In this document: positions 55,310 through 64,000 of the stretch, one piece after another
How the letters are laid out: each line of letters opens with the position of its first letter
How positions within the stretch are numbered: position 1 is the first letter of the stretch
From: a virus
Reading direction: 5' to 3' (one strand)
Length of the DNA stretch: 64,000 bases
Virus record (IMG/VR): IMGVR_UViG_3300020183_000012
Span: 1 to 64,000 of that record
Made by a program: the position numbers and the translations under genes
Notes under the pieces: model-generated
Seen by the model: only the letters and a program-made list of their open reading frames with translations
Databases searched by the model: none
What the model was told of the DNA's origin: nothing

Positions 55310-56805
55310 CGTGGTACAAATCTGCGCAGACTGGATCGCCCGAATGTGAAATGTCAAATGATGAGCTACTCGCATACTCAAAATTTGTCATTAACCTAAG
55401 AAAAAAATCAGGTTACCAAGATTTTTTTCCTGAAGATATATTGAAAAACTATCCGTCAGTGGTTGAACTTATTCGATCTGGATACGCTCCTCTTGCATTC
55501 TCTAGGTGTATGAGAAAGGAAGCTAAGCCATGGGGAATACAAGGAAGCTGGGGACCATACTGGGCACTTGAGAAACTTTTGCTCGATGACCTTGGCATAG
55601 ACTCGATGTACTCTCGTCATTCAATAATCGATGAGACAAGAGCAAATCTTGCTCATTGGTTCATGGAGACCTACATGCCATTAGCGGTAGATAGCCCAAA
55701 TAGATCAAGGGATTCTCAGGTCGTGTTAATTTCAAGCAAATACATAAGCACTGAGATGATAGATGCATTTTGGGAATTGGACAGAAATGAAAGGGAGAAA
55801 GCGAGTGGTTCACGAAACGAAATGTCATGGATGATCAGAGAGGAAACCTACGCAACATTATTTAAAAACCAAAACACCTCAAGCAAAATTCAGCTAGAAA
55901 TAGCTAAGCTTACGGGGTACAGGAACGATTCTTTCCACTGGCTTATCAAAAATCCGAATGGCAGTGGCGATGCCATGAATTGGATGCTTAGCAATGATAA
56001 AAAGAATACTTTTACCTCTTACGGCAGAAACGGCGTGAATGCCCTGTTCTTCGACATGTCACCGGGAGCAACAATAAATGACTCAATTGCAGAAGTATTG
56101 AGTCATCATATGCTTAAAATTTTTGATAGTAAAAAATATGATATTCACGGGAAAGGCCTACCCGATCCCGGTAGAACTGGCGAGTTCAGCTACGAAGAAA
56201 AATCTACGCTGATGGAATATCTTATTAAAATTTGCACGAAAACCAAGAGCAAAACAGCAATGCAAAACCTTTTTTCACTTGCCCTTGCGATGGGAGGAAT
56301 ACAGAAAAAAGAACACAGTTTGGAGCCACTGAAAAGCAGGCATATTTTTAATGCCTATAGCCCCCAAAGTGCCACACTTATGATTTTGCGTTTGCTTTCT
56401 CCATTCGTGGTAAATCATGAAAAAATGGACAAAGAATCAGTGCAAAAGATACTTATATACATCTCTAGTATAGACAATCTCTACATGGAAGAAGTGATGG
56501 AAAGTAAAGGAATGACATTGATTGGTTTCGACACGCTTGGCATCATATGGTCTTCCTACAGAAGTATTGCTGGAACGAAATCCTTCGTGACCGAGCAATC
56601 GTATGAAAGACATGGACAGGAATTTACAGAATTTATGACTGACAGCAAAAAAAAGATACTAGATGCGGTCAAAAGCTTAGACATAAAAAAATTCTTTGCT
56701 CATGCATATAGCATAGGAATGCCCAAGTTGAATATGTACAAGGTTGCCATAAGTCAAGCTAAAATAAAAATGGGTAAAATGGATTCATGGGCCAGTCGCT
56801 TATGA
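55306..56805 (+). CDS. helical NP-repeat protein with TWYKSAQ leader, paralog of 53801..55309
   Basis: ATGA overlap; KNQNTSSKIQ, KNPNGSGDAM; shared Q...C.M and C.R N-terminal pattern. Confidence 0.75.
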   Translation: MTWYKSAQTGSPECEMSNDELLAYSKFVINLRKKSGYQDFFPEDILKNYPSVVELIRSGYAPLAFSRCMRKEAKPWGIQGSWGPYWALEKLLLDDLGIDSMYSRHSIIDETRANLAHWFMETYMPLAVDSPNRSRDSQVVLISSKYISTEMIDAFWELDRNEREKASGSRNEMSWMIREETYATLFKNQNTSSKIQLEIAKLTGYRNDSFHWLIKNPNGSGDAMNWMLSNDKKNTFTSYGRNGVNALFFDMSPGATINDSIAEVLSHHMLKIFDSKKYDIHGKGLPDPGRTGEFSYEEKSTLMEYLIKICTKTKSKTAMQNLFSLALAMGGIQKKEHSLEPLKSRHIFNAYSPQSATLMILRLLSPFVVNHEKMDKESVQKILIYISSIDNLYMEEVMESKGMTLIGFDTLGIIWSSYRSIAGTKSFVTEQSYERHGQEFTEFMTDSKKKILDAVKSLDIKKFFAHAYSIGMPKLNMYKVAISQAKIKMGKMDSWASRL

Positions 56806-56965
56806 ATTATTAAATTATTTACTTTTTGAGAAGCGAACAAAGATTGACGATATAGTCCTGTTGATATTCAGTTGTTAAACTGCAGTCAATTATAAAACAA
56901 GAGGGCTTAAATAATGTGTTACCTCAAAAGAGAAACTTCTCGCACTGAAAAGCAGTCTTAAGAAA

Positions 56966-57325
56966 ATGATAGAAAAAATCTGTCCCAAAATACCTCACAC
57001 ATTCAAAGCCAGGTACGGCCTAGTCAGGCACCTCCACAAGATATGCGAAGGAACATACATAATTGAGGGTTCTTCCCGCTTCTCAAGGGGAGCAGAGGGC
57101 ATGGTTGATTTTGAAGGCGGTCCATTTATTGCGGTGGGCATGCCGATGGCGGCTTGCTGTGATGTCAGCGCAGACAAGGAGTGCGGCGTAACCATTCCTG
57201 AAAACGAGACCGTTGACGGCGTCAAATTTATAAGGCATGAAGAGGCTTGCGCACTGAAGGGGATATCGCCTGATGATGCTGCACCGGAATACTATTGTTA
57301 CGTTAAAATAACAACAAAAAAATGA
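56966..57325 (+). CDS. hypothetical phage protein
   Basis: RYG..R, VDFEGGPFIAVG motif. Confidence 0.7.
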   Translation: MIEKICPKIPHTFKARYGLVRHLHKICEGTYIIEGSSRFSRGAEGMVDFEGGPFIAVGMPMAACCDVSADKECGVTIPENETVDGVKFIRHEEACALKGISPDDAAPEYYCYVKITTKK

Positions 57326-57333
57326 CCTAAGCC

Positions 57334-57486
57334 ATGGCACTGAAGAAGATAACGAAAAAGCCGAAAAATAAGCAAAAAATAAAGCCTTTTGACACAGTTG
57401 ATGCGGCCAAGCTTATTGAAAAAATTCGCAAAGAACTTCGCATGGTGGGGATGATCCCAGGCGTAAGCACCGAACCAAAAAAATGA
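57334..57486 (+). CDS. small basic protein (50 aa)
   Basis: MALKKITKKPKNKQKIKPFDTVDAAKLIEKIRKELRM...; fills an operon gap. Confidence 0.5.
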   Translation: MALKKITKKPKNKQKIKPFDTVDAAKLIEKIRKELRMVGMIPGVSTEPKK

Positions 57487-57551
57487 AGGTTGGGTTTTTT
57501 ATTTTTCCCTTCTGCCGATAAATCAGTAGGCGGATTTTGCCGCATCAAAAA

Positions 57552-57893
57552 ATGATAACCATAAGTGTAAAAACACCAGCAAAACCAGCAACTCCTGAAT
57601 CTTATGAAGAGTGGACATCAGAGAAGATCAGGATTAAGTTTGGTAACGATCCTGAAGGTATCCTCATGAAGCTTCTTGATCTATGCGAAAGGCAAGCAAC
57701 CGAGATAGTGGCACTGAATAGCATGATTCGTGAGTGTGAAAAAGATTTCCTAAATTACTCTCGCAACAGCGAGAGAAGCACTGAAGAGATCTTAAAGCTT
57801 CAAAAGCAAATCGACGACTGCAACGAATACAATAAAAACACAAGAGATAAAATACTTGGAGCAATAGGAATACATGAAATCAAGAATCAATGA
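57552..57893 (+). CDS. hypothetical coiled-coil protein
   Basis: ATG 57552 downstream of GCCGATAAAT. Confidence 0.6.
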   Translation: MITISVKTPAKPATPESYEEWTSEKIRIKFGNDPEGILMKLLDLCERQATEIVALNSMIRECEKDFLNYSRNSERSTEEILKLQKQIDDCNEYNKNTRDKILGAIGIHEIKNQ

Positions 57894-58083
57894 CAGGAAA
57901 ATAAACAAGAAATCAATCCTAATTCGGCCAGCACCGAAAATAATCACGAAAGTGATAAGCAGGGCCAAGTCTGATCAGAGAATTGCATCGCTCAACACCC
58001 TTAAACTGATGGTAGTTGTAGGAGCACTGATACTAAGTTTTGCAATGTATTCAATCTCTATTTTTTACTGGCTATGGAAATAA
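57874..58083 (+). CDS. small membrane protein
   Basis: SD AGGA; C-terminal TM. Confidence 0.55.
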   Translation: MKSRINDRKINKKSILIRPAPKIITKVISRAKSDQRIASLNTLKLMVVVGALILSFAMYSISIFYWLWK

Positions 58084-58098
58084 AAAGAAAGGTAAACA

Positions 58099-58500
58099 AT
58101 GAAATCCATTTATAAGAAATCGTTTTTTTCGTCCCTAAATTATTCACTCATGATGTTACTTTCGAATCATGCCTGCAAGCTGAGTATATCTCTGCTGTGG
58201 GTTGCCTTATTCTTAGCACTCACATCGGAAAACAAATACGTTGTAGCAACAGCACTGACTCTGTCTTTGCCCCTTGCCACGTACTTTTTGATTAATTTCC
58301 ATAAGTATTGTGTCTCGCCGCAGCGCCCGTGGTTCTCGTTTCGAGATGTACGAGATGTACTTACCCATCCGGGTTACGACATGACGAGAATGCAAAGTAA
58401 TGATTTTTCATTTGGTAACGACCGCAAGAGTTCGTGCTACGGTGGCTGCGCCAAAGGTGAAGCCGAGATGAGAGCCGCCCTACTTCAGGGAGAGGGATAA
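58099..58500 (+). CDS. membrane protein
   Basis: SD AAAGGT; two TM segments. Confidence 0.55.
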   Translation: MKSIYKKSFFSSLNYSLMMLLSNHACKLSISLLWVALFLALTSENKYVVATALTLSLPLATYFLINFHKYCVSPQRPWFSFRDVRDVLTHPGYDMTRMQSNDFSFGNDRKSSCYGGCAKGEAEMRAALLQGEG

Positions 58501-58506
58501 TTGACC

Positions 58507-58668
58507 ATGAGCCCTGAAGATTACGAATATGTGTACAGGAACTCAAGCTTGTTTTCTCGTCGCCTAAGAGTTGCCAATTGGGTGTGGGATCACACAGCAT
58601 TGGTGTCAGCGTCTCTGGCAATACCTTCTTACCTAATCGCAATTTGGATATACATAAAAGTAACTTGA
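58507..58668 (+). CDS. small membrane protein (53 aa)
   Basis: SD GAGGG; C-terminal hydrophobic segment. Confidence 0.5.
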   Translation: MSPEDYEYVYRNSSLFSRRLRVANWVWDHTALVSASLAIPSYLIAIWIYIKVT

Positions 58669-58894
58669 TCCATTCACGCTTCCACACGCTCCATCCCGCT
58701 CTGTGGGAAACCTGAGCGCAACGACTCCTCTGTAAAGCGTTCACTCCTCAGCGTAGCCCTATCCTGTGAAATTAATTGGTTGAAAAATCAGATCCGTGCC
58801 GTTTAAAAAGCAAAATCTGCAATTATCCAAGCATATCTCTCTCTGCAGCTCTGAATCTTTCTATCGCCTCCCGTTATAGGGACAGGATATCCAA

Positions 58895-58919
58895 AAGTTG
58901 CATCGGGTGAATATACTAG
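58895..58919 (+). promoter_or_regulatory. class C element, copy 2
   Basis: AAGTTGCATCGGGTGAATATACTAG; see 50306. Confidence 0.5.
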
Positions 58920-58938
58920 AAGGGTGAGCCATCATCCC

Positions 58939-59274
58939 ATGTTTCTCGTCACCCGTCCCGGAGATCGACACGAAGACCATGTTCCAGAGTCTTTCGTGAC
59001 CTTCTCCCAATTGAAACAGTTCTTTCCTTTCTCTCCCTTCATGAAGTGCGCCAAGAGCGGAGAGGAAGTCCCTGCAACGGAAGAAAACATGGTCAATTCT
59101 GATTGGCGCGAGATCAGATGCCTGAATGTGGACGAGTACAATTTCACACCCGATGAAATCTTGCACTATACATCACATGGCAATCTGCCCGATGGCAAGG
59201 CTACCCAAGGCGAAGAAGAGATCCTGCGATTCATCATTCACGTTCGACCGACCAGAAGCATCACCATACTTTAA
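58939..59274 (+). CDS. hypothetical protein
   Basis: ATG 58939 after the class C element. Confidence 0.55.
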   Translation: MFLVTRPGDRHEDHVPESFVTFSQLKQFFPFSPFMKCAKSGEEVPATEENMVNSDWREIRCLNVDEYNFTPDEILHYTSHGNLPDGKATQGEEEILRFIIHVRPTRSITIL

Positions 59275-59290
59275 GAAAGAGGAACCCGCA

Positions 59291-59641
59291 ATGACCACCA
59301 AAACAAAATCAGTCTGCCTCAAGCAAAAAGCCAGAAATCTCAAGCGAGTTAAAGGCATCAAGTTTCCAAACGTTAAGTTTGACATGACTATTTCTTTTGA
59401 TCTTCAGGACAAGCATGGTATCCACGAACCCGAGGACTGGTTCCTAGAAAATGCTAAAGGGATCAAATCAGTCAAGAGGCCCGGAAGCATTATTTCTGGA
59501 ACAGGTTTCTCTTTGCTTGACGGTCTGCGCGATCTCCACTTTACTGGTTCGCGTGAACAGATGGAGGAGACTGCCAACATCTTTGCAAAGAGTCCGTTCC
59601 GAATCGAAAAAATCAGTGTCTACGTTAACAGCGATGACTAA
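59291..59641 (+). CDS. hypothetical phage protein
   Basis: SD GAGGA; SGTGF.....RDLHF motif. Confidence 0.65.
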   Translation: MTTKTKSVCLKQKARNLKRVKGIKFPNVKFDMTISFDLQDKHGIHEPEDWFLENAKGIKSVKRPGSIISGTGFSLLDGLRDLHFTGSREQMEETANIFAKSPFRIEKISVYVNSDD

Positions 59642-59658
59642 GAGAACTGAGAACACCA

Positions 59659-59802
59659 ATGGCTAAGATGACAATTGAAATCACCACAAGCGACGATTTT
59701 ACCGACGACGATCTCCGCAATTATGTCAAGCATTTGGCAGAAGAGTTTCTAAATGACTCAACTGGAACCGGACTCCCTGCGTGGGAAATCCATATCAAGT
59801 AG
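59659..59802 (+). CDS. small protein (47 aa) flanked by a 19-bp direct repeat
   Basis: AGAACACCAATGGCTAAGA at 59650..59668 and 59801..59819. Confidence 0.55.
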   Translation: MAKMTIEITTSDDFTDDDLRNYVKHLAEEFLNDSTGTGLPAWEIHIK

Positions 59803-60082
59803 AACACCAATGGCTAAGAAGAAGAAAGCAAAGACCGACTCTGAGTAAGATGGTAGCCCCATCCCCCCAACCGTAGCCTTATAAACCTTACAAAATCTGC
59901 CCGTACCCTACCATCCGCAAACCCCCGAACCAATTAATTTTCGGGCATCAAAAAACATCTCCCAAACTCCCCTAGAGCCAAACCCCCAAAGGGAATGGCT
60001 CTTTTTTTACAAATTCACATAGGTACAAATAGTAACACAATAGTAATAAAAGGACACCGAACCGAAAGGAAACTAATTAAAC

Positions 60083-60583
60083 ATGAAAACAAAAATTACA
60101 AAAGATCAATGGCTCACTATAGGAAACTCCGCAGGATGGCTCACCAAGCAGGCCGTATTTCTCGGTACCCATCTTCTTGAGGAACGCCGCGAAGACCCAC
60201 TAAACAACCCAACATTCCAAACCCGTAAACTACCAACATTACTTGAAATTGGAGAACCCATACTCCCCGCAGAGTACAGCAAACTTTTCAATGCCGTCAA
60301 CAGTCATGACTACGGGCAAGTAAGGGATTATTTGGGCAAAATGACACCCGATGAACGAAAGAAGCTTGTACAAAAACTCGCAAATACATGCAAGGCCTCC
60401 ATACTCATTATGCACGAATGCTCAACACTCGGTGACATACCGAGTAGTAAACAAAGTTCACCCGAAGGATTCCCTATGAAGACACCCAAGACCCCCAGGA
60501 AACCCAGGAAACCCAAAGGATCAGGCGAAAATATAATGGGAAGTCCAGGAATGACGGGAGACACCGAAGTCCCAGGTATCTAA
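60083..60583 (+). CDS. hypothetical protein with leader MKTKITKDQW..IG..AGWLTKQA
   Basis: Class A element AAAGGA...CTAATT with GG 31 nt before ATG. Confidence 0.65.
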   Translation: MKTKITKDQWLTIGNSAGWLTKQAVFLGTHLLEERREDPLNNPTFQTRKLPTLLEIGEPILPAEYSKLFNAVNSHDYGQVRDYLGKMTPDERKKLVQKLANTCKASILIMHECSTLGDIPSSKQSSPEGFPMKTPKTPRKPRKPKGSGENIMGSPGMTGDTEVPGI

Positions 60584-60599
60584 AACACCACCAGAACTC

Positions 60600-61109
60600 A
60601 TGAAGTTCAACCTGTCACGGTACAACCGGACCAAAGAGGCGTCACTCCGAAAGGAAATCTCTCTGCTCGATCTATACCCCGAAGGAGAGAGAGAAGCACT
60701 AGAGGAGTACGGTCCCGTAAACCCCGCTGAAGCAGCCGCAGAAACTAAGCTTTTTCCCGAAGGTGACGAAATCCCAGATAGCCTCTCCGAACTCGCACAA
60801 AAAATACACGAAGAGATCCGCAAAGAGCAGGAGACCGGAACACAAAGAATATCCGAAATCCTCCAAATACAGGGAACCGAAGCCGAAGATAAATTAAGAT
60901 CCGCAAAGGGTGACGGACCACGATTCGGCAGACTGCTTGTACTCACCGCATTCCACCCAAACCCGTATGTACGATGGACAGGAATACACGATTTCGGGAC
61001 GGAAATATCCGCTCTACACCTAAAATACCTACTCAAGGACCCACACGCAGGAATTCAGTCACAAGCACAATGGGAGTCCGAACGCAGAGCCACCAACTCA
61101 AGATCCTGA
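60600..61109 (+). CDS. hypothetical protein with HEAT-like C-terminus and MKFNLS..KEAS leader
   Basis: HPNPYVRW...LLKDPHAGIQSQA. Confidence 0.6.
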   Translation: MKFNLSRYNRTKEASLRKEISLLDLYPEGEREALEEYGPVNPAEAAAETKLFPEGDEIPDSLSELAQKIHEEIRKEQETGTQRISEILQIQGTEAEDKLRSAKGDGPRFGRLLVLTAFHPNPYVRWTGIHDFGTEISALHLKYLLKDPHAGIQSQAQWESERRATNSRS

Positions 61110-61496
61110 AGACTTGCGCAACTCCTCCAAATCAGACAGGTCTTTGACTTTGGTTCCGCTGTCATATGACCATGCATAGCCAAGCTTCACCATTATGTCA
61201 TTAATTGCCTCTCCGTCCGATTCCCTTATGACCCCAAGCAGTCTGCCATATTTGTCGTCCTTGAATGTATTGATGACCAAGTTGTTTTTGTTCTTTTGGA
61301 GCCAAGATTCCAGAAATTCTTTGGATTCTTTGCCCATGGACTTTTCTTTCAGATTTTTTGTGTGAGTTTCAGGAGCGTCAATCCCGTATAGCCTGATTCT
61401 CTGCTTACAAAATATGCCAAATCCCAGATCTAGGGTGCAGTCAACGGTGTCTCCATCCACAACTTTTTCTATAGACGCAATTTTATATTCGTACAT
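61098..61496 (-). CDS. thermonuclease (SNase-like)
   Basis: VVDGDTVD..LDLGF, RIRLYGIDAPE, DKYGRLLG, N..MV..GYA. Confidence 0.92.
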   Translation of the reverse strand: MYEYKIASIEKVVDGDTVDCTLDLGFGIFCKQRIRLYGIDAPETHTKNLKEKSMGKESKEFLESWLQKNKNNLVINTFKDDKYGRLLGVIRESDGEAINDIMVKLGYAWSYDSGTKVKDLSDLEELRKSSGS

Positions 61497-61593
61497 GCAT
61501 CCTATTACTAGCTTCTGCTTAGCAAATCCTCCTAATACAGAGAGCGTGTGAAGCCGAAGATAAATTAAGATCCGCTCTGAAAACCCTCTAATA

Positions 61594-61758
61594 CATCGCT
61601 AGGAAGCCTCTCCTCCATCGCTAGGGGAATGTATCGGTTCCCCTCTCCTCCATCGCTAGGAGCCTCTCCTCCATCGCTAGGGGACTATCCTCCATCGCTA
61701 GGGGAATGTATCGGTTCCCCTCTCCTCCATCGCTAGGAGCCTCTAGTCCATCGCTAGG
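61594..61758. repeat. iteron-like array, 7 x CATCGCTAGG
   Basis: Copies at 61594, 61616, 61651, 61672, 61693, 61728, 61749 (spacings 22,35,21,21,35,21); the 35-nt intervals contain a GGGGAA/TTCCCC hairpin. Confidence 0.9.
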
Positions 61759-61762
61759 GAGT

Positions 61763-61935
61763 TACGCACTGCGTCTCCATTAGTAAATTATTTTGTTTTC
61801 CTGATTCCTAAATAATCCCCACTTTGCCCCACATTGCGACACTTTTCTACGCACTGCGTCTCCATTAGTAAATTATTTTGTTTTCCTGATTCCTAAATAA
61901 TCCCCACTTTGCCCCACATTGCGACACTTTTCTAC
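61763..61935. repeat. exact tandem duplication of an 85-bp unit
   Basis: 61763..61847 equals 61848..61932; AT-rich core TTAGTAAATTATTTTGTTTT. Confidence 0.9.
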
Positions 61936-62028
61936 ACTCTTCGACACTGCTGTTTTTATAACATGCCGATGCTGGCACTGAGTTATTAATTTTGTAACAT
62001 GCTAATTGGGCGTGCTGTTCTGCATGCC

Positions 62029-62066
62029 AAAAAAGAACCCGCCCTTTTTTGAGGACGGGTTCTTTT
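62029..62066. terminator. bidirectional intrinsic terminator
   Basis: AAAAAAGAACCCGCCC...GGACGGGTTCTTTT downstream of the 62118 gene. Confidence 0.75.
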
Positions 62067-62117
62067 GGAAATCAAGCGTACCCTGGCGTGTACGCAAGCC
62101 CCTTTGTGGGGAGTTTT

Positions 62118-62900
62118 TTAGAACTTTAGTTGGGCACTGAATCCGACGATGAGTTCGAGTTCGGGTGCATTATTGTTACTGAATGGGATATCGCAATTGA
62201 ACCCGAGTGATGCGTTGCTGCATGGTGTCCACTGGAGTGCTGGTCCTATTGTGTTGACGTTGCTGCCGTTGTCGAGGTACCAGAAGTTATAGTTGGCTCC
62301 GACTTCGATAGTTTTCGAGAGGTTGTAGGCGAGTCCACCCTTTACGTTGGCGATATCTTCTGTGGTGAAGCCACCGAAGACTGGGATATAGTCTCCATTG
62401 GTATTGAACTCCCAGTTCATTCCTGCGTTCCAGTGTAGTGCTTCGACGGGTGTACTGCCGTCCATCCAGGCACCGAGGACGGGGTTAACGCCGTTTCCAC
62501 CGAATCCTGCGGAGTCTGTGGGTAGTTTGAGGTCAAGTGCGAGAGAGAGGGTATCTACGAAGGATACTGGCTTGTGTAGTGCGACCCAGGAGAGTCCGAG
62601 ATCAAGCATGCCTGTGCCTGTGGATCCGTCCGTATAGACGGGGAGTGTGAGGCTGGCACTGAGGTCTTGTATTGGTGTTTGCCAGTCTATTGTGGACAGG
62701 AACTGTGTGACGTTAGTGTTCTGCAGGTTGAAGAAGTTGATTTCTTCGGAGAACGAGAACTTTGCGAGGCTGAGGGCGTCGCATGCTGGTGTTGCTGGTG
62801 TTTCGTCCCCTGCGATGGCGGGTGGGCAGCAGCCGTCCCCTGCGATGGCGGCTGTTGAGAGTGCAGCTACGAGGGTTGCTGAAATTGTGTAACTATTCAT
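62118..62900 (-). CDS. outer-membrane beta-barrel protein
   Basis: SD AAGGAG; signal peptide MNSYTISATLVAALSTAAIA; amphipathic strands (SASLTLPV, GMLDLGL, LKLPTD); C-terminal VGFSAQLKF. Confidence 0.75.
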   Translation of the reverse strand: MNSYTISATLVAALSTAAIAGDGCCPPAIAGDETPATPACDALSLAKFSFSEEINFFNLQNTNVTQFLSTIDWQTPIQDLSASLTLPVYTDGSTGTGMLDLGLSWVALHKPVSFVDTLSLALDLKLPTDSAGFGGNGVNPVLGAWMDGSTPVEALHWNAGMNWEFNTNGDYIPVFGGFTTEDIANVKGGLAYNLSKTIEVGANYNFWYLDNGSNVNTIGPALQWTPCSNASLGFNCDIPFSNNNAPELELIVGFSAQLKF

Positions 62901-63367
62901 TATATGAATCTCCTTGCCCCTGTGGGGCCTGTAAAGTGTATGAGGGTTATTATCGACAGAGCTGGATATAATCCTTTTTGGTGTACGCTCTGGTATAAAG
63001 GGGCTTCTCCGCACTCTTAAGCAAACCTTACCTTAAAAAATGTGTATTATGAGTTATTAATAATTTGGAGTGGCTGGAGAAGCCCCCTAACCAGTGTCTC
63101 TGTACAGGGTTCTGGAGTTCTGGCTCTGGAGGGTGTGTATCCTGAGTTTTTGTTATCCAGATGTGTCAGAGATATACTGTTCTCGGCCATTTTCTTTTTC
63201 CCTATAGAGTTCAGGTGTAATATTTTCGGTTTTTTATTTTTGTTCCTTCTGGTATTATTTTTGTTTCTGTGATTAAAAAAAGTCCCTCTGCACGCAGAAG
63301 GGGTCTGCGGCAGAGGGTTTGGAAACCGGAGAGTTCTGGACTCTCTGGAATGTTCTATGGGGGTTTA

Positions 63368-63667
63368 TTATTTGGTTTTGGGATATTTTTCCTGCCCCGA
63401 AATATTATTTACGGCCTTTTTTCTTGTATTTTTGAGGTAGGTCCAGTCTTTGTTCCGGAGAGCTGACCAGGAGATGTGGAGGGCCCATGTTGCGTACAGG
63501 TAGTCGTCAATGGCGTCTGGGTGGAGCGGTGGGATTTCCCGAATGGCGTTGTCGAGTTCGGTTTCCAGGAGTTCAAGAAGTGATTCTGCTTCGGGCAGAT
63601 CTGTGTCTACGGCGAGGGCACTGTTTCCGATATCGATGAATTTTTGTGAAGACATGAAAGTTTTCAT
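63368..63667 (-). CDS. hypothetical protein
   Basis: Helical ORF in a minus-strand run. Confidence 0.55.
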   Translation of the reverse strand: MKTFMSSQKFIDIGNSALAVDTDLPEAESLLELLETELDNAIREIPPLHPDAIDDYLYATWALHISWSALRNKDWTYLKNTRKKAVNNISGQEKYPKTK

Positions 63668-63685
63668 AATGATTATTTTCTAGTG

Positions 63686-64000
63686 TTAGCGGTTGCGTCG
63701 GAGTTGTTGGCGGATTTCGGGTCCTTGAGAGAGGAGGGTCACGGCTCGTTTTGAAGCATCGGATGCTGCGGTCATGCACGCACTAAACTGGTCCTGTAGT
63801 CCCAGGCCCTGAGCTTCGTAGATCATGGCAATCGCTTCATTCGCACAGATTCCTGTCTGTTCGATCTTCAGGTGGATGGTTTCGGGTTCATCCCAGAGAT
63901 CCATTGACCGATCAATTGAATTGATAGTGGATTTGATGTAGAGAAGTTGATCCTCCGCAGCACTGCGCAGGGGGATGAAGGTGTCTACGTAGGCAAGGGT
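63686..64000 (-). CDS. hypothetical protein (5' truncated by window edge)
   Basis: Frame is open from 64000 through ATG 63904 to the stop at 63686. Confidence 0.55.
   Translation of the reverse strand, partial: TLAYVDTFIPLRSAAEDQLLYIKSTINSIDRSMDLWDEPETIHLKIEQTGICANEAIAMIYEAQGLGLQDQFSACMTAASDASKRAVTLLSQGPEIRQQLRRNR

Noticed and set aside
61594-61758. CRISPR array
   Set aside because: The repeat core is only 10-14 bp, the intervening sequences are short and repeat each other, and no cas genes are nearby.
63042-63466. + strand ORFs 63042..63272 and 63269..63466, and other short antisense ORFs in the track
   Set aside because: They lack SD or family motifs and lie antisense to, or between, better-supported genes.

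Overview
A 64 kb segment of a large (jumbo-type) bacteriophage genome. It is AT-rich, gene-dense and reads cleanly in genetic code 11. No capsid, terminase, polymerase or rRNA genes are visible here. Contents in order: (1) tRNA and nucleotide enzymes (HxE/PCxxC deaminase, TilS, GuaC, TrmH/SpoU); (2) about 15 glycosyltransferase-like genes with Glf, a UDP-sugar dehydrogenase and methyltransferases (4.5-8.9 and 16.4-29.2 kb), flanking two fibre-like proteins with poly-Ser tracts; (3) a tmRNA plus 9 tRNAs, including an unusual tRNA-Ser(ACT) and a short-arm tRNA-Leu(CAA), and one tRNA-like element; (4) LysM-lysozyme, holin-like and u-spanin-like genes; (5) five paralogous NP-repeat helical proteins; (6) more GC-rich accessory stretches with a VPAPG-type PEP-CTERM protein and an outer-membrane beta-barrel, suggesting a diderm, possibly Phycisphaerae/Planctomycetota, host; (7) an iteron-like repeat array at a strand-skew switch near 61.7 kb. 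The strongest unannotated pattern is a short N-terminal leader (NW[YFLI]Kx[AS] or KFN[LF]..Kx[AS]) on about 15 unrelated proteins. Most of these genes or their operons also share an upstream AGGW-N17-19-TAAW element 31-36 nt before a leaderless ATG. I infer a co-regulated capsid-targeting and protease-cleavage system for a large injected protein cargo. Family assignments come from motif recognition only; no searches were run.
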